Positions 43,491-56,497 of a stretch of 64,000 nt of DNA are shown here, one piece after another. Origin of the DNA: Bugula neritina. Taxonomy: Eukaryota > Animalia > Bryozoa. Position numbers and translations under genes: made by a program. Within the stretch, counting starts at the first letter, position 1; every line of letters starts with the position of its first letter. The DNA is taken from NCBI GenBank assembly GCA_964035545.1, contig OZ037772.1, positions 9,980,818-10,044,817 of the forward strand, in the 5' to 3' direction. The notes below the pieces were generated by a model. That model saw nothing but the letters and a program-made list of their open reading frames with translations, had not been told where the DNA came from and did no database searches.

Positions 43491-44783
43491 CAAGTCAGTA
43501 CTAGAACTAGAAGTAGAGCGAGACTCAGACTCATTCTCAGAGCAGTAGAACTAGACGAAGTCATGGTTTCATAAGTAATTCTAAAAATCACTACTAAAAA
43601 TATAAAATGCTAAATTTAATGTAGTAATCACTAATCAGTAATCATTATCATCATCATGTAAATAAAAATTGTAATCAGTAAATCAAATTGTAATGACTAA
43701 TCAGTCTAATGAGTAATGTCAAACTAAATCAAATGAAAATATGAAAACTGAAAGTGAAATGTCAGTGTGAGCTAAACCTAATCGAAACGAGGTCAAATGC
43801 AAAGATATTTTCCTGTTTGCAAACTAATAGTAATATAAACAAATGTGTACTTAATTTCTAGCTACTATTAACTTCGAAGTTAAGTGGTCAAACTTTTTGT
43901 GTTTACTTTTTTCTCCATAGCCTGGGCACGGAAATGTGTTTTATTATGCAAAAGGGCTCGTTACTTTCGGACTTGAAGGCAAACATTGGGCTTCCGACCA
44001 AGTTGTCGGCAAAACGACTGTCAATCGTTACAACGATCATATTATTACACTTTGTGCAGCAGTTTTTCAAACTCTTTTTTGTTGAGTATACAACTCCGAT
44101 TATCTCAGTTACTGCCCAATTAAATTTACCACAATAGTGACATCACGTGGTGTAATGTGCAAGACATTGCATCATGCAGTTATGTAACATGTTTTGTAAA
44201 TATTATTATAGTTGTGCTGTGTCCCTTTGTGTCCTAAATCCCCTTTGTCTTAGTGGTTTGTATATAATATATATTATACATATAGTTGAGAATAGAACAA
44301 TAACTTAAAAATATAATAATACGAACTGCAGCACGTTGACACAAGTACAATAGGTTAAAAGGTAATGTGCAGTTGCTGCCCCTAGTAACAGATTGTGTGT
44401 GGCAGGTTACTCCAATAGTAGGCTGTCATTGCATACAGCTTTGCCTTATATGACAGGATCTTAGTGAAGTGTAGCGAAAACATATAGAAACGTTATTATT
44501 AGAAAGTTAAAAAATAAATAAGTATAATAATATTCTACTTTAAAATGCGATATAAGGATTAGAAAAAAAAAGAATTATAATATAAAAATATTCCAGAAAA
44601 AATACAAAAATAAAAATATAAGATGACTTCCAAACACTACAGAGATGATCATACCAGCGGAGAGTTTTAGATAATTTCACTTGTCTGAGCGCCCTGCTGA
44701 TAGTTTCACTGAACCTCGTTGAAAATATGGAAGATCACAGTTTAATATAAAAATATAGAATCATATAAAGTTTTAAATCATGA

Positions 44784-47700
44784 TTAGATGAAATCCTCGT
44801 TATCATAGACATGTTGCGGAGAATTCAGCCCGGCAGTAGGTTCATCGGTTACCATAATATCTACGTACATCGTGTCATCAACAACAAAACCTACAAAAAC
44901 AGCACCGAGTGAGGTAAAACATGACACGTCACGACACTGAGAGATAAACGGAGCATCACTACGTCTTCAGTGTTGAGACAAAGTTCATCAACAACAAAAA
45001 CTTTCTAGAATACTTCATCGGCAAAGATTAGTTAAGATTTGAACACAACATGGAAGTTCAAACACAAGTCACGCGCTACACAGAGTTAAATATAACTTCA
45101 AACTGGCAGAAAAGAATTATAAACCAGTGAGACAATAGATTTAGCAGCTTCATCAGTAATATTTGTAGAATGTAGATAATAATTGAGTGTGAGCTCACCA
45201 TTGTCTGGGTTGAAGACGTGAGCTTGTTCAGCAAACTGGGGACAACCAGACGCTATGTTCATCTCATTCTTGGGTCTCTGGAAAGAAGAAGAACTCGGCT
45301 CTGGTCTGAACTCCTCCACTATATCTGGTCGGTTCTTGGTGACATTTCTCAGCTTCATGGTAACCTGGGGAGAGGAAGTGAATGGAAACTCAGATAAGTT
45401 TAAATGGCTTGTCTAGTAACACAGGCTATGCGGTAACCTGCACACAGTTTAGGACCTGAACCAAAATATGATAAAAGGCCTGGCCTCACGGTTGTGAGAA
45501 TCACACGAAATCGTTTATTTGACACGAAAAAACATTTGTACAAGAAAATTTGAGAGAATTCAAACGAAATCATCTCCGTTGTGTACACCCAACGACGATG
45601 ATGGACGAAAAATATCAATCAACGATAAGCACCATTTGATTGGTTAATCGAATTTTAGCAACAGTAATCATTTCATTTCTACCATGTTTCTCTATTTGGC
45701 AATTTTTTGTTGTTTGTATCTTGTGCAAGACTCACTCACGGACTATTTATTATGTGTTTTGTGTTTCGTCTGACGAGTGTGTGGCTGGTCATAACGAGAG
45801 GATAACTCACGAAAATCGTCACACGATTTCGCGTGATTGATTCTCACTAATAAGAGGCCAGGCCTAAACTCTCCTATCATGAGTCAATCACCCCATGTCA
45901 AGTGTCAATCACCCCATGTCATGTGTCAATCACCCCATGTCAAGTGTCAATCACCCCATGTCATGTGTCAATCACCCCATGTCATGTGTCAATCACCCCA
46001 TGCCAAGTGCCAATAACCCATGTCAAGTGTCAATAACCCATGTCAAGTGTCAATCACCCCATGTCAAGTGTCAATCACCCATGTCAAGTGTCAATAACCC
46101 CATGTCAAGTGTCAATCACCCCATGTCAAGTATCAATCACCCTATGTCAAGTGTCAATCACTGCCATCACATGTCCATCACCTTCCATCACGTGTCAATC
46201 ACCCCATGTCACATGCCAATTACCCCTTATCATGCATCAATAACTCATTATTATACATGTGTGTGTAGGTTGTTTAGAGCAAATGCTGAAACCACAATTA
46301 TGTAATTATTATAGATGAGTGACTACTTCATAAATGGTACAAGAAAACTAACTTGATTATTTCTTTCTAGACAGCAACAAACCAGCACTTCCATAGATTG
46401 TTTATTGCTTATAGCAAAAGACAGACAAATAAATTGTATGAATCTAACAGTACAGTATATCCCAATAGTCCAAAAGACCGAAATACATGAATGTTACAAT
46501 TAGTTTTCTTATGCATATTGGTGCAATAGCGTAGAATATATTATATTAGAATATGGTATAACATAGCATAAACATTTAGATAACTGTAATATATTACCTT
46601 TTGCTGGAAAGGCCATGTCGGTAGAGCGTCATATTCTCCTTTCATCACAACAAAAAAGAGAGAAATGTGAGAGTTCTTCCCACTTCCATCACCTGAAATC
46701 AGGTGAGATGACATGTAATGCCTACAGCACAAACTCAAAATATCAACCAAGTAAATTTATATCTGCCATTTTTTGTTATACGATAAACAATCAACTTCTA
46801 TCAGAAAAAGTTCACCTGTTCAGCTCATGCATACTACCCAACAACAGATAATGACAACACAAACACTATAGAAAGACTCTTAATATTACAGCAGCCCTAT
46901 ATTTGAATAGAGATTGTAAGACAAAGAGCAGGGGGGGGGGGTGCATGACCTTCAGTTGACATTGGGACACAGTAAAAATAAAAGTGTAAGAAATGAACAA
47001 AGTAAAAAGGATAACACTCATATAGCTTTAGGGAGAGTATTGTTAGCAAAGATCAACTTGAACGTATAAACATTACAAGATCGAAGGGGTTTCAAAGAAA
47101 AAAATACGGTACAAACCATTGAAAAAGACCCTGGCACACATCTTGTATCCGTAGGTCTCGGTGTAGAAAGGGTGACTGTAGATGCTGTGTCTAGTTGCAG
47201 CCTCGTCCCTGTGTTTCTGTACGTCTGTGATCTTCCAGAGGAGATGCCCGTTGTACGAGGTCTGGAATGTAAGAAATCAGGCTAACCTTTATAGAGCCAA
47301 CGGAAATGCAGGTGTGCGAGACGAAAACAGTTAGGCAGTCGACAGAAAGTAAAATATTTGAATATTTTGCTTTTGAAAAATAAATCATTTCGCATAGAAG
47401 TGAATATATTCAGACAAAACACATGCTTTCACTAAAACATCAACATAAATGTAAACTTTTTCTCATATTTGGGAGGAATGTTCATCACAAAACTTAGCTG
47501 AGTTGAAAGATCCTTGTAGAGTGAACAGTTCTGTAGCAGAGACCCAGTGAGAGAACTCTGGTTAATAAAACAGAGAAATAAGAGAATCATACCATCTGCA
47601 GCTGATTCAGAAGAGTTTTCTGGTCTTCTATCTCTGCTACTCTGATGTTTGAGAGAGTTTCCAGACGGTTGAGTCGTTCTGTTGTTTCATTCTCAGTTTT

Positions 47701-50630
47701 GGATATCTTCTCGGTCAGAGCACGAAATGCAGCTTCATACGATTTGAGCCTGTGAGAGTGAAATCGGGAAAACTTTACACTGAATTTCGCAACGTGTTGT
47801 CATGTCTGTGATATGCAATAAATCCATCCATCAATCAATCAATCAATCAATAAATCAACAATACCAACAGTAGATAGGTTAGCAAACGGCTGGAAAACTG
47901 AGGCTAGACGTCGTTTAGTTTGCTTTCTTTCAAATTGATTTCAATAGAGTTGCAGTCAATCAAGTCTAGTTAGACAGAGGACCTATATAGGAGGACCAAA
48001 GCAGTAGGGAGGTCTGATAGAGACACCCGCACATAGTCACTTACTTGTGCACATCCTGAGCTACGGTTTTAAACAGATAATTCAAGTCATTGATATCCTG
48101 ACGGTTTCTCTGGGCCAGCTGTACATTCTCCATGAGTCCCTTGGCCATTTCAGGGGTCATGTGATGCACCTTGTCCATCTGTTTGAGAAATTATACAGAC
48201 ATACAAAACTCACTATAATTATGTAAGAGTAATCAGAACTATGAGAGAGCAGCCGTGGTCTAGAGGTTAAAGCATGTGCCTAGTAAACACAAAGTTATGG
48301 GTTCAAATCTCAATAAAAGCAATTGGTGGTGTTAGGAAGAGCATCCAGTCATAGTTGCTTCTGTGCCTCATCTGAATAAGTCCTTAGCTGCTTCAACAAA
48401 AAACCCTTTTTATCAGGGGTTCTCACAGAGATAGCGATTATAAACTTGAGTGAGCCCACGAGTATCAGAGAACAGTTATAGTATGACAGCCATTACTAAT
48501 ACTTTCTAATGACTCATGTGTTCAGAGTTATAATGTAAATCACTACTCACCAGCATTCTATCAGCTCGATCTGATTGGTTCTCCAGTGTCAAAAGTCTTT
48601 TCTGGAGATCGGAGAGTTGGGACTGGGAGATGACAGTTGCAGGGCCGCTACTACTCTGCGCTGTTGTAGTGCGTAACTCAGCCTTGATGAACCTCAGGTG
48701 TTGGTCCATACGCTTCCCTTCACTCAAGTGTTTCACCACATGAACTTTCTTGTTCTACAGAGTAATATATAGTGTAATATAATAATATAATATACAGTGT
48801 AATATAATGATATGATATACAGTGTAATATAATATGATATATACAGTGTAATATAATATGATATATAGAGTGTAATATAGACAGTCAGGTCATATTTTAC
48901 CTCTCCACAGTTGAGGGGACAATAAGCAACACATTTCATAAGATGGGAGGCTGCGTCTTCGTCAACACCAAAAGAGTTCTGACAGATGTTACACACTGGT
49001 GGTTTATTCTCACACTCATTCAAGTGTTGCTGTAAAATAACAAGAATGGTTACACTCTAACACAGGGCTGTGTAACAGGCGATCCCAGGGCCTACATTTA
49101 TGTGACTCTCAATGGTTAAACTTGGGACACAGAACCGGTAACTCTCTGAAGAGAATGTGAATTTTTGGAAGCTGTCATCAAGTGTTGACTTACTGCTAGT
49201 TCTTTGGCCCTCAAGCCAGCCACACCGCACTTGTTGGGACATTCCACAATTCTGAAAGGACAGGACTTGACAAGACAAGACTGAACATATTATAGTAGTC
49301 ATCGAGCTTTACCAAAAATGTTTACAGTCAGCATGTTTGGAGCGCTGGCTTAGTATGACATAGCTCGTGAGTAGGACAACTGGTGATTCTTTAATTGAAC
49401 TCTGGGGTTCTCACGGGAATGGAGATTGTAAACAAAAAGGGAGTATAATATATAAAAAAATCTTCACAAAATGCACGACACTGGTGAGTTTAAAAGCAAC
49501 ACTATCATTATAATATATAGAGATTTATCGTATAAAGTATATGATGCTGTGTGTAAACGGATAAATTAGCATTGCAAGAACCCTATAATCTATTAGAGAA
49601 TATAAAAAACGTACCTCCAAAGTTCCAAGAGTCAACTTTGTCGGCGTGTCACATCCATACGGACAGATCACCAAGAGCCTGCTAATTTTTCTGTGTGCGG
49701 CATTGTCTTTCATGGCGATTGAGAAATCTATGACAGCAAAACCCCGTGTACTTAATGGATGGAACACGAGTTAAGACTTAATGTGTAAAAACCTGACATA
49801 GTTACTCCAAGCCAACTGTGATTGGAAACAAATTAAAATGATGCTAAGAGAAACGAAACCTAGCAAAACAATAACTGTTATATTAACATAGGAACTACTA
49901 TCTAAATTACCAGGAAATCTATTGTACCTACCTATTTTGTAGGGTAATTCAGTTGGAATCTCATCTGCTAGACTGGGCTGTTGAGAAGTAGAAGGTGGGA
50001 CAGCGTCATAGGACATCCTATCTTTATTGAGAGAATCATGACCGGATGCTAACCTTAACCTTTTATCTGGGTTGTAATTTCCTTCATCAAAGAGTTCTTT
50101 CCTGCAGGCCTCGCATCGCTGCAGGTCTTCTGGTCTAAACACATTGTCAGCAAATTTCAACATCAACAACTCATACTGATCAACTACACTAAAATAAAAT
50201 TCATAAATTTAAAAACACATCGGTAAAAGTTGAGGTCAGTTAAAAGACATAAAACAAAGCAAAGTAACAATAAGATGAAGGATTTAATGAGTTAGCAGTT
50301 GAAAACTTACAGAGCTCTGAGTATATCATGACATTCTTTACACACTCTGTGCCCACAATTCAGCTGCCATGGCTCTCTTACGATCCTGCGATTATTAATC
50401 CCACACTCGGACCGAGAACAAAAATATACTCCTTTTTCTTCAAGAAAAGCCTACAATAATGTTCATACAAATATTTAGTCACTCGAATGATAAATCACTA
50501 CGGCACCCACAGAGTATTAGTATCAGATTGACTACTACTAACTCACCTTGTCCTCAAACAAGTCTACTGGCCAGCCAGAACCGTGCCAGGGCTCGATGCC
50601 ACGTCTCGCATTCCCTGATGTGGTTGTCAT
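44784..50630 (-). CDS. TNF receptor-associated factor, TRAF2/3/5-like (RING, TRAF zinc fingers, coiled coil, MATH), about 587 aa, 13 exons
   Basis: Exons (-): 50630-50547, 50450-50311, 50134-49932, 49727-49615, 49280-49194, 49029-48901, 48754-48551, 48178-48045, 47749-47593, 47261-47117, 46692-46598, 45364-45199, 44890-44784. RING: [19 protein letters not shown] (atypical C-x4-C-x15 spacing). MATH motifs: [79 protein letters not shown]. Confidence 0.9.
45476..45865. mobile_element. MITE (PIF/Harbinger-like) in a TRAF intron
   Basis: TIR AGGCCTGGCCTC..GTGAGAATCA..CGAAATCG with its inverse at the right end; 3-bp flanks AAA/AAA. Confidence 0.65.
45883..46230. repeat. About 21-bp minisatellite in a TRAF intron
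   Basis: Unit TGTCAATCACCCCATGTCAAG. Confidence 0.9.
48245..48454 (+). mobile_element. tRNA-derived SINE
   Basis: Similarity to the family consensus; A and B boxes present. Confidence 0.85.
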
Positions 50631-51913
50631 ATTGACCTAGAAAAAACTGACTATGATTATGTCAAATAAAATTGAATAACACAAAAAGGAAATAAAAATA
50701 TGATTGAAAGTTACTTTGTGCAATCAAAAGTTGAAAACCTGTACAGAATTTTATCGCCTTTTTATTAAACTCAAATTATATTCAATTAAAATAGTGGTAA
50801 ACGGCATCCTAGCTTTGGGTGTGGACTCACTCATGCTCAGTCCATTATTAACTCACGCCAATAATTAGTCTATGAAAATTTTGTTTATATGCAACACAAT
50901 AACTTGCTCTTCAATAAAGCTGACATAAATTGTATACTTAGTAGCAGTACAATAATAATTATTCCACATAACATGCATGACCTCCAACTCTAAATAATGC
51001 ACATTATAAAAAATAAGGATACAATTTAATTGACAGAAATCAAAGTAGTTAAATTAGATTTGAAAAAAGCATGCGATATACTCATACAGTTATCATCCAT
51101 TGCTACTGTGCTTTAATAGATTGTCTTGACCATTGAACTATTATAGTTTCAGTTCAGTGGTCTTGACCTTCAAGCAAATTATTCAAATAAAAAATGTGCA
51201 ACACAGAGATATCACTAGTCTATTAGTGGGATATTATATTCCTTGAGGTTTAAAAAAATGGTAATACAATATTTGACATTCTAGCCACTCTAATAAACCC
51301 CCAAAATATACAACTAAGTCATATCAAATACCAATTTATATGTGTTTTAAGTAGTTTTGGCTTGAATGAATAAAAATGAACATGGGTGCGCTAGCAATCA
51401 AATCCATGAACCTGTTGAACAAGAGCAGCCTAGTTGATAAATTACAGCAAAGCTGCATTGGTAATTCCAACATACTATTTTATTGTTTAATAATCACATT
51501 TAAGAGAGAGGTATTTTCAAATCAGCATGGGCAATCATTATGATTAATTAAGGATGCTGGATTTCATGTAACATAGCCAGATTTCAAAAATCAACAAAAG
51601 ATATGACTTTATTATTATAATAAAATACCACATTAGGAGATGAATTTTATTTAATTAACTTTATTTTTTCAGTTGAAGTGTAATAAGTTCAGATGTTAGC
51701 AGTTCTATTAGCATTACAGAGTTACAGTATTAGGCTACTAGAAGTATAAGTAAAATTACAACAGATAGGATTACGTACAATAGTTATCATTTATTCAAAT
51801 TATCAGTATTACCTACTAAAACTATTAGATTTTCAGTTAGTAATAATTATTAAATTATATTAATACCACCAGGCACTGGCACTAGTTGGGTAATCACATC
51901 CATCAATCACTCC

Positions 51914-51999
51914 TACTACTCCTAGCACTACTAGTACTAGTACTACTAGTACTAGTACTAGTACTGCTGCTGCTGCTGCTGCTACTACTACTACTAGAG

Positions 52000-52081
<82 letters not shown>
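51914..52081. repeat. (CTA)n/(CTG)n trinucleotide repeat
   Basis: Direct inspection. Confidence 0.92.
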
Positions 52082-52134
52082 GATAGTAATACTAATACTA
52101 ATAGTAATACTATAGTAATACTAGTAACTCTAAT

Positions 52135-52170
52135 ACTTGACTTACTTGAAGATGCAATCACGTTAGACCA
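52135..52170 (-). mobile_element. Extreme 3' tail fragment of the same LINE
   Basis: TACTTGACTTAC(T/C)TGAAGATGCAATCACGTTAGACCA matches about 59806-59842. Confidence 0.6.
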
Positions 52171-52589
52171 TATGATATATACAGTGTAATATAATATGAT
52201 ATACACAGTGTAATATAATATGATATATATAGTGTAATATAATAATATAATATACAGTGTAATATAATAATATGATATATACAGTGTAATATAATATGAT
52301 ATATACAGTGTAATATAATATGATATACACAGTGTAATATAATATGATATATACAGTGTAATATAATATGATATATACAGTGTAATATAATATGATATAT
52401 ACAGTGTAATATAATATGATATACACAGTGTAATATAATATGACATATATAGTGTAATATAATAATATAATATACAGTGTAATATAATGATATGATATAC
52501 AGTGTAATATAATAATATGATATATACAGTGTAATATAATATGATATATACAGTGTAATATAATATGATATATACAGTGTAATATAATA
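52171..52589. repeat. About 24-bp minisatellite (shorter homolog at 48765-48880)
   Basis: Unit ATACAGTGTAATATAATATGATAT. Confidence 0.9.
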
Positions 52590-52598
52590 GTATTTTAC

Positions 52599-55500
52599 CT
52601 CTCCACAGTTGAGGGGACAATAAGCAACACATTTCATAAGATGAGAGGCTGAGTCTTCCTCAACACCAAAAGAGTTTCCACAGATGTTACACACTGGTGG
52701 TTTATTCTCACACTCATTCAAGTGTTGCTGTAAAATAACAATAATAATGGTTACACTTCAACACATGGCTGTGTAACAGGCGGCTCCAGGACCGAATATG
52801 GCCCTCCCCCCAAAGCATAAGAAAAATTATTATTATACACACATATATATCAGAGAGGAGAAACACCTTTCTGATGCTTTATTTGAACATATGCTACAAA
52901 AAAACGCAGCCAGCAGTAGTTATAGGAATTTCATTGTGCAATAAAACATGAGAGTTTGGAATAAAGTAATTTTCAAAAATACTGATGCTGTGGCCCAAAG
53001 GTCGTCTCCGAGATGGAAAGCCACACTGATCATCTGACGAGGTGTTGATTTACTCGATACGAGTGTGTCATCATCTTATCCGTGTAGAATCTCTCTCACA
53101 CGCTGTTAGCTGCGTATCATATATTACCGTGTGTACTGCTATTATTTGTATATGTGTGTTATATGCTCTCACCACCAGAATATTCTATTTCAGTGGCACT
53201 CGGTCTAAAAAGGTTAGACACCGCTGATTTAGGAAAAAAATAACCTAATACACAGAACCGGCAACTCTCTGAAGAGAATGTGAATTTTTGGAAGCTGTCA
53301 TCAAGTGTTAACTTACTGCCAGTTCTTTGGCCCTCAAGCCAGCCACACCGCACTTGTTGGGACATTCCACAATCCTGAAAGGACAGGACTTGGTGGTGTG
53401 TTCAGCTCTCTCTGAATGTTTGATAACCTCAGCACATTTCTCACAGGGAACCTGTCTTTCTGGACACACTTCCATGTGTCTCTACAAATCATCAGTTCAT
53501 ACAAGTCAGGATATGACATCATAACAGAGAGAACATTAGTTTGGTGTCGGCCATTTTGAGAACATTATTGTATATTTGTGAGTCCTGCTACGGAACAGGA
53601 CAAAGCTACTAAGCGGAGATAGAATAGAATATTATTGTATATTTGTTAGTGCAATTAGAAACAGTACAAATGTGCATAGTATAGACTGCATCCTACCTAA
53701 CAACCATTAAACACTAACATAGCATTTCCACTATACATAGCATGTTTATTCAACCATACAAGTGGCTTTTATCTGTGATAACAGCACTTCACGTATCATT
53801 GATTATTGCCAACTCCATAGTGTAACAAAAAATTTATTGCGTAAATTTTGGGTTTTTCCAAGGGGTAAACCTTTATTTTCACCAACTTTGCAACTAATTA
53901 CTAGAAAATGCTGCCTGCTTCAATAAAAGCCTAGAAAAAACTTGTTTACTGCATGATTCTCTCACGTGAATATGGATAACCACATGCCGAAAAACCAAAA
54001 CGCTGCCATTCCCATCCCAATGACATAATAATAGGTAATGTATATACTGTAATGGTAGAGAAATCTTGTAATCAATTAAACTACTGATTTATTAGCCTGA
54101 ATGTCAATTCTCCATCAGGTGAACAATTAATTATTCTACTGAGACTGTCTGGCATACAGATATGAGCAACAGAAAACTTATTCTATAATTGAGAAGGACA
54201 ATTGTTAGACACGCAGCACGTTAAGTCAAACAATGGCTTTTGAATATCTTCTCGTAACACACCGAACTTTAGTTTGGTCAAAGTCTGTAAACTCAAGCTT
54301 TCCAGCCAAACAAATGGTAGTAGAGGTTTAATACACTAGAAGCTTCCAGAAAATATGATTAAAACTGCTCTCGATCTATTCATTTGACCCAAAATTCCAT
54401 CTCGGGCCAGCAGATTGTTTTGACTGTGTAGTGTGTTACTAAACTAGTCACAGTGATGAATGAGGAAGTGGCTTTCTATAGTAGGCAAGCTTTCAATGGA
54501 GACATATTTGTCGTCATTTTGAAAGTTTTATCAAAAATGTGTAAAGATTTATAGTTTATAATTAGAATGCTGGCATAGTAGGACAATTGGTGATTCTTTA
54601 ATTAAACTCTGAGGTTCTCACAGGAATGGAGCTTGTAAACAGAAGGGAGTATAATATATAAAAAAATCTTCATCAAATGCACGATACACACTCACGCAAG
54701 TTTATAGTCGCTATCCCTGTTGGAAAGGGTTTTTATTAGAACGGGCTAAGGACTTGTTCAAATGAGGCACAGGAGCAATTATGACTGGATACTCTTCCTA
54801 ACATCACCAATGGCCTTTGTCTGGGTTTGAGCCCATGGCTTTGTGTTCACAAAGCAAAGGCTCTAACCCCTAGACCACGGTTACTCCCTATCAAATGCAC
54901 GATAATGTTGAGTTTAAAAGCAACAATATCACTATAATATATAGAGAGTTATCATATAAGGTATATGATACTGCGTAAGAGAATAAATTAGCATTGCAAG
55001 AACCTTATAATCTATTAGAGAATATAATAAACATACCTCCAGAGTTCTAAGAGTCAACTTTGTCGGCGTGTCACACCCGTACGGACAGATTACCAAGAAC
55101 CTGCTAATTTCTCTGTATGCGGCATTGTCTTTCATGGCGATTGAGAAATCTATGACAGCAAAACCTCGTGTACTTAATGGATGGAACACGAGCTAAGATT
55201 TAATGTGTGAAAACCTGACATAGTTACTCCAAACCAACTGTGATTGGAAACAAATTTAAATGATTTTAAAATAAATCAAAGCTAGCAAAACAATAACTGT
55301 TATATAATTACTATCTAAATTACCAGGAAGTCTATTGTACCTACCTATTTTGTAGGGTAATTCAGTTGGAATCTCATCTGCTAGACTGGGCTGTTGAGAA
55401 GTAGAAGGTGGGACAGCGTCATAGGACATCCCATCTTTATTGAAAAAATCATGACCGGATGCTAACCAAAACCTTTTATCTGAGTTGTAATTTCCTTCAT

Positions 55501-56265
55501 TAATGAGTTCTTTCCTGCAGGCCTCGCATCGCTGCAGGTCTTCTGGTCTAAACACATTGTCAGCAAATTTCAACATCAACCCATAATGCTTATGTATATT
55601 CAAACTTATATAAATTAATAAATCTAGAACACACACAGATAAGACGTTGATGTGAGTGCCCTACAATACCTAAAAAACAAGTCAAATTAACAATAAACTA
55701 AAGAATTTAATGAAATTACAACGGAGCAACCGTGGTCTAGGGGTTGCAGCGTTTGCTTAGTAAACACAAATCATGGGTTCGAACTTCGACAAAGGCCATT
55801 AGTGATGTTATGAAGAACATCCAGTCATAATTTCTCCTGTGCCACATCTGAATAATTCCTTAGTCCAATTTAACAAAAACCTTTCTATCAGAGATGGTGA
55901 CTACATATTGTGTGAGTTTATTTAATGGGTTAGCAGTTGAAAACTTACAGAGCTCTGAGTATATCATGACATTCTTTACACACTCTGTGCCCACAATTCA
56001 GCTGCCATGGCTCTCTTACGATCCTGCGATTATTAATCCCACACTCGGACCGAGAACAAAAATATACTCCTTTTTCTTCAAGAAAAGCCTACAATAATAT
56101 TCATACAAATGTTTAGTCATTCAAATGACAAATCACTATGGCAACCATCGAGTATTAGTATCAGATTGACTACTACTAACTCACCTTGTCCTCAAACAAG
56201 TCTACTGGCCAGCCAGAACCATGCCAGGGCTCGATGATGCCACGTCTCGCATTCCCCGATGTCAT
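52599..56265 (-). CDS. Partial tandem duplicate of TRAF exons 1-6 (RING plus zinc fingers only; no coiled coil or MATH of its own)
   Basis: Exons (-): 56265-56185, 56088-55949, 55547-55345, 55149-55037, 53481-53317, 52727-52599. All are open with intact splice sites and are highly similar to the downstream copy. Homology stops in the intron-6 minisatellite at about 52170. Confidence 0.8.
54687..54889 (-). mobile_element. tRNA-derived SINE with a 15-bp TSD
   Basis: TSD ATCAAATGCACGATA at 54672-54686 and 54890-54904; the site is empty in the paralogous intron (about 49465). Confidence 0.9.
55723..55915 (+). mobile_element. tRNA-derived SINE
   Basis: Family similarity; flanked by an ATTTAATG repeat; absent from the paralogous intron (about 50285). 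Confidence 0.85.
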
Positions 56266-56497
56266 AACAAGTAGGCTAAAATTAATAAACTAAAACTGTT
56301 AAAACTAAAAACAAACAAAAGGATTTATTACAAAACACAAATAGTAACTATTGCATTAGCAGTATTGAAGTATAATAATCAGCAAATGGTAAATACTAAT
56401 ATAGTAGTAATACAACTCACACTAATAGTATGCTAGTTATATTTATTACTATCAGTCATTACTAAGTAATTTATTCCTAATACTAATATCATACCTA

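Noticed and set aside
43143-43591. Ser/Thr-rich or hydrophobic membrane-protein-like ORFs
   Set aside because: They derive from a degenerate (CTA)n tract upstream of TADA1.
51886-52721. Poly-Y, poly-V and YYITLYIS ORFs
   Set aside because: They are trinucleotide and 24-bp repeats; only 52599-52727 is a real exon.
52790-53250. hAT-like element in the intron of the TRAF duplicate
   Set aside because: Only one terminus-like motif (AAAAAGGTTAGACACCGCTG) is visible, with no matching TIR or TSD, so boundaries cannot be supported.
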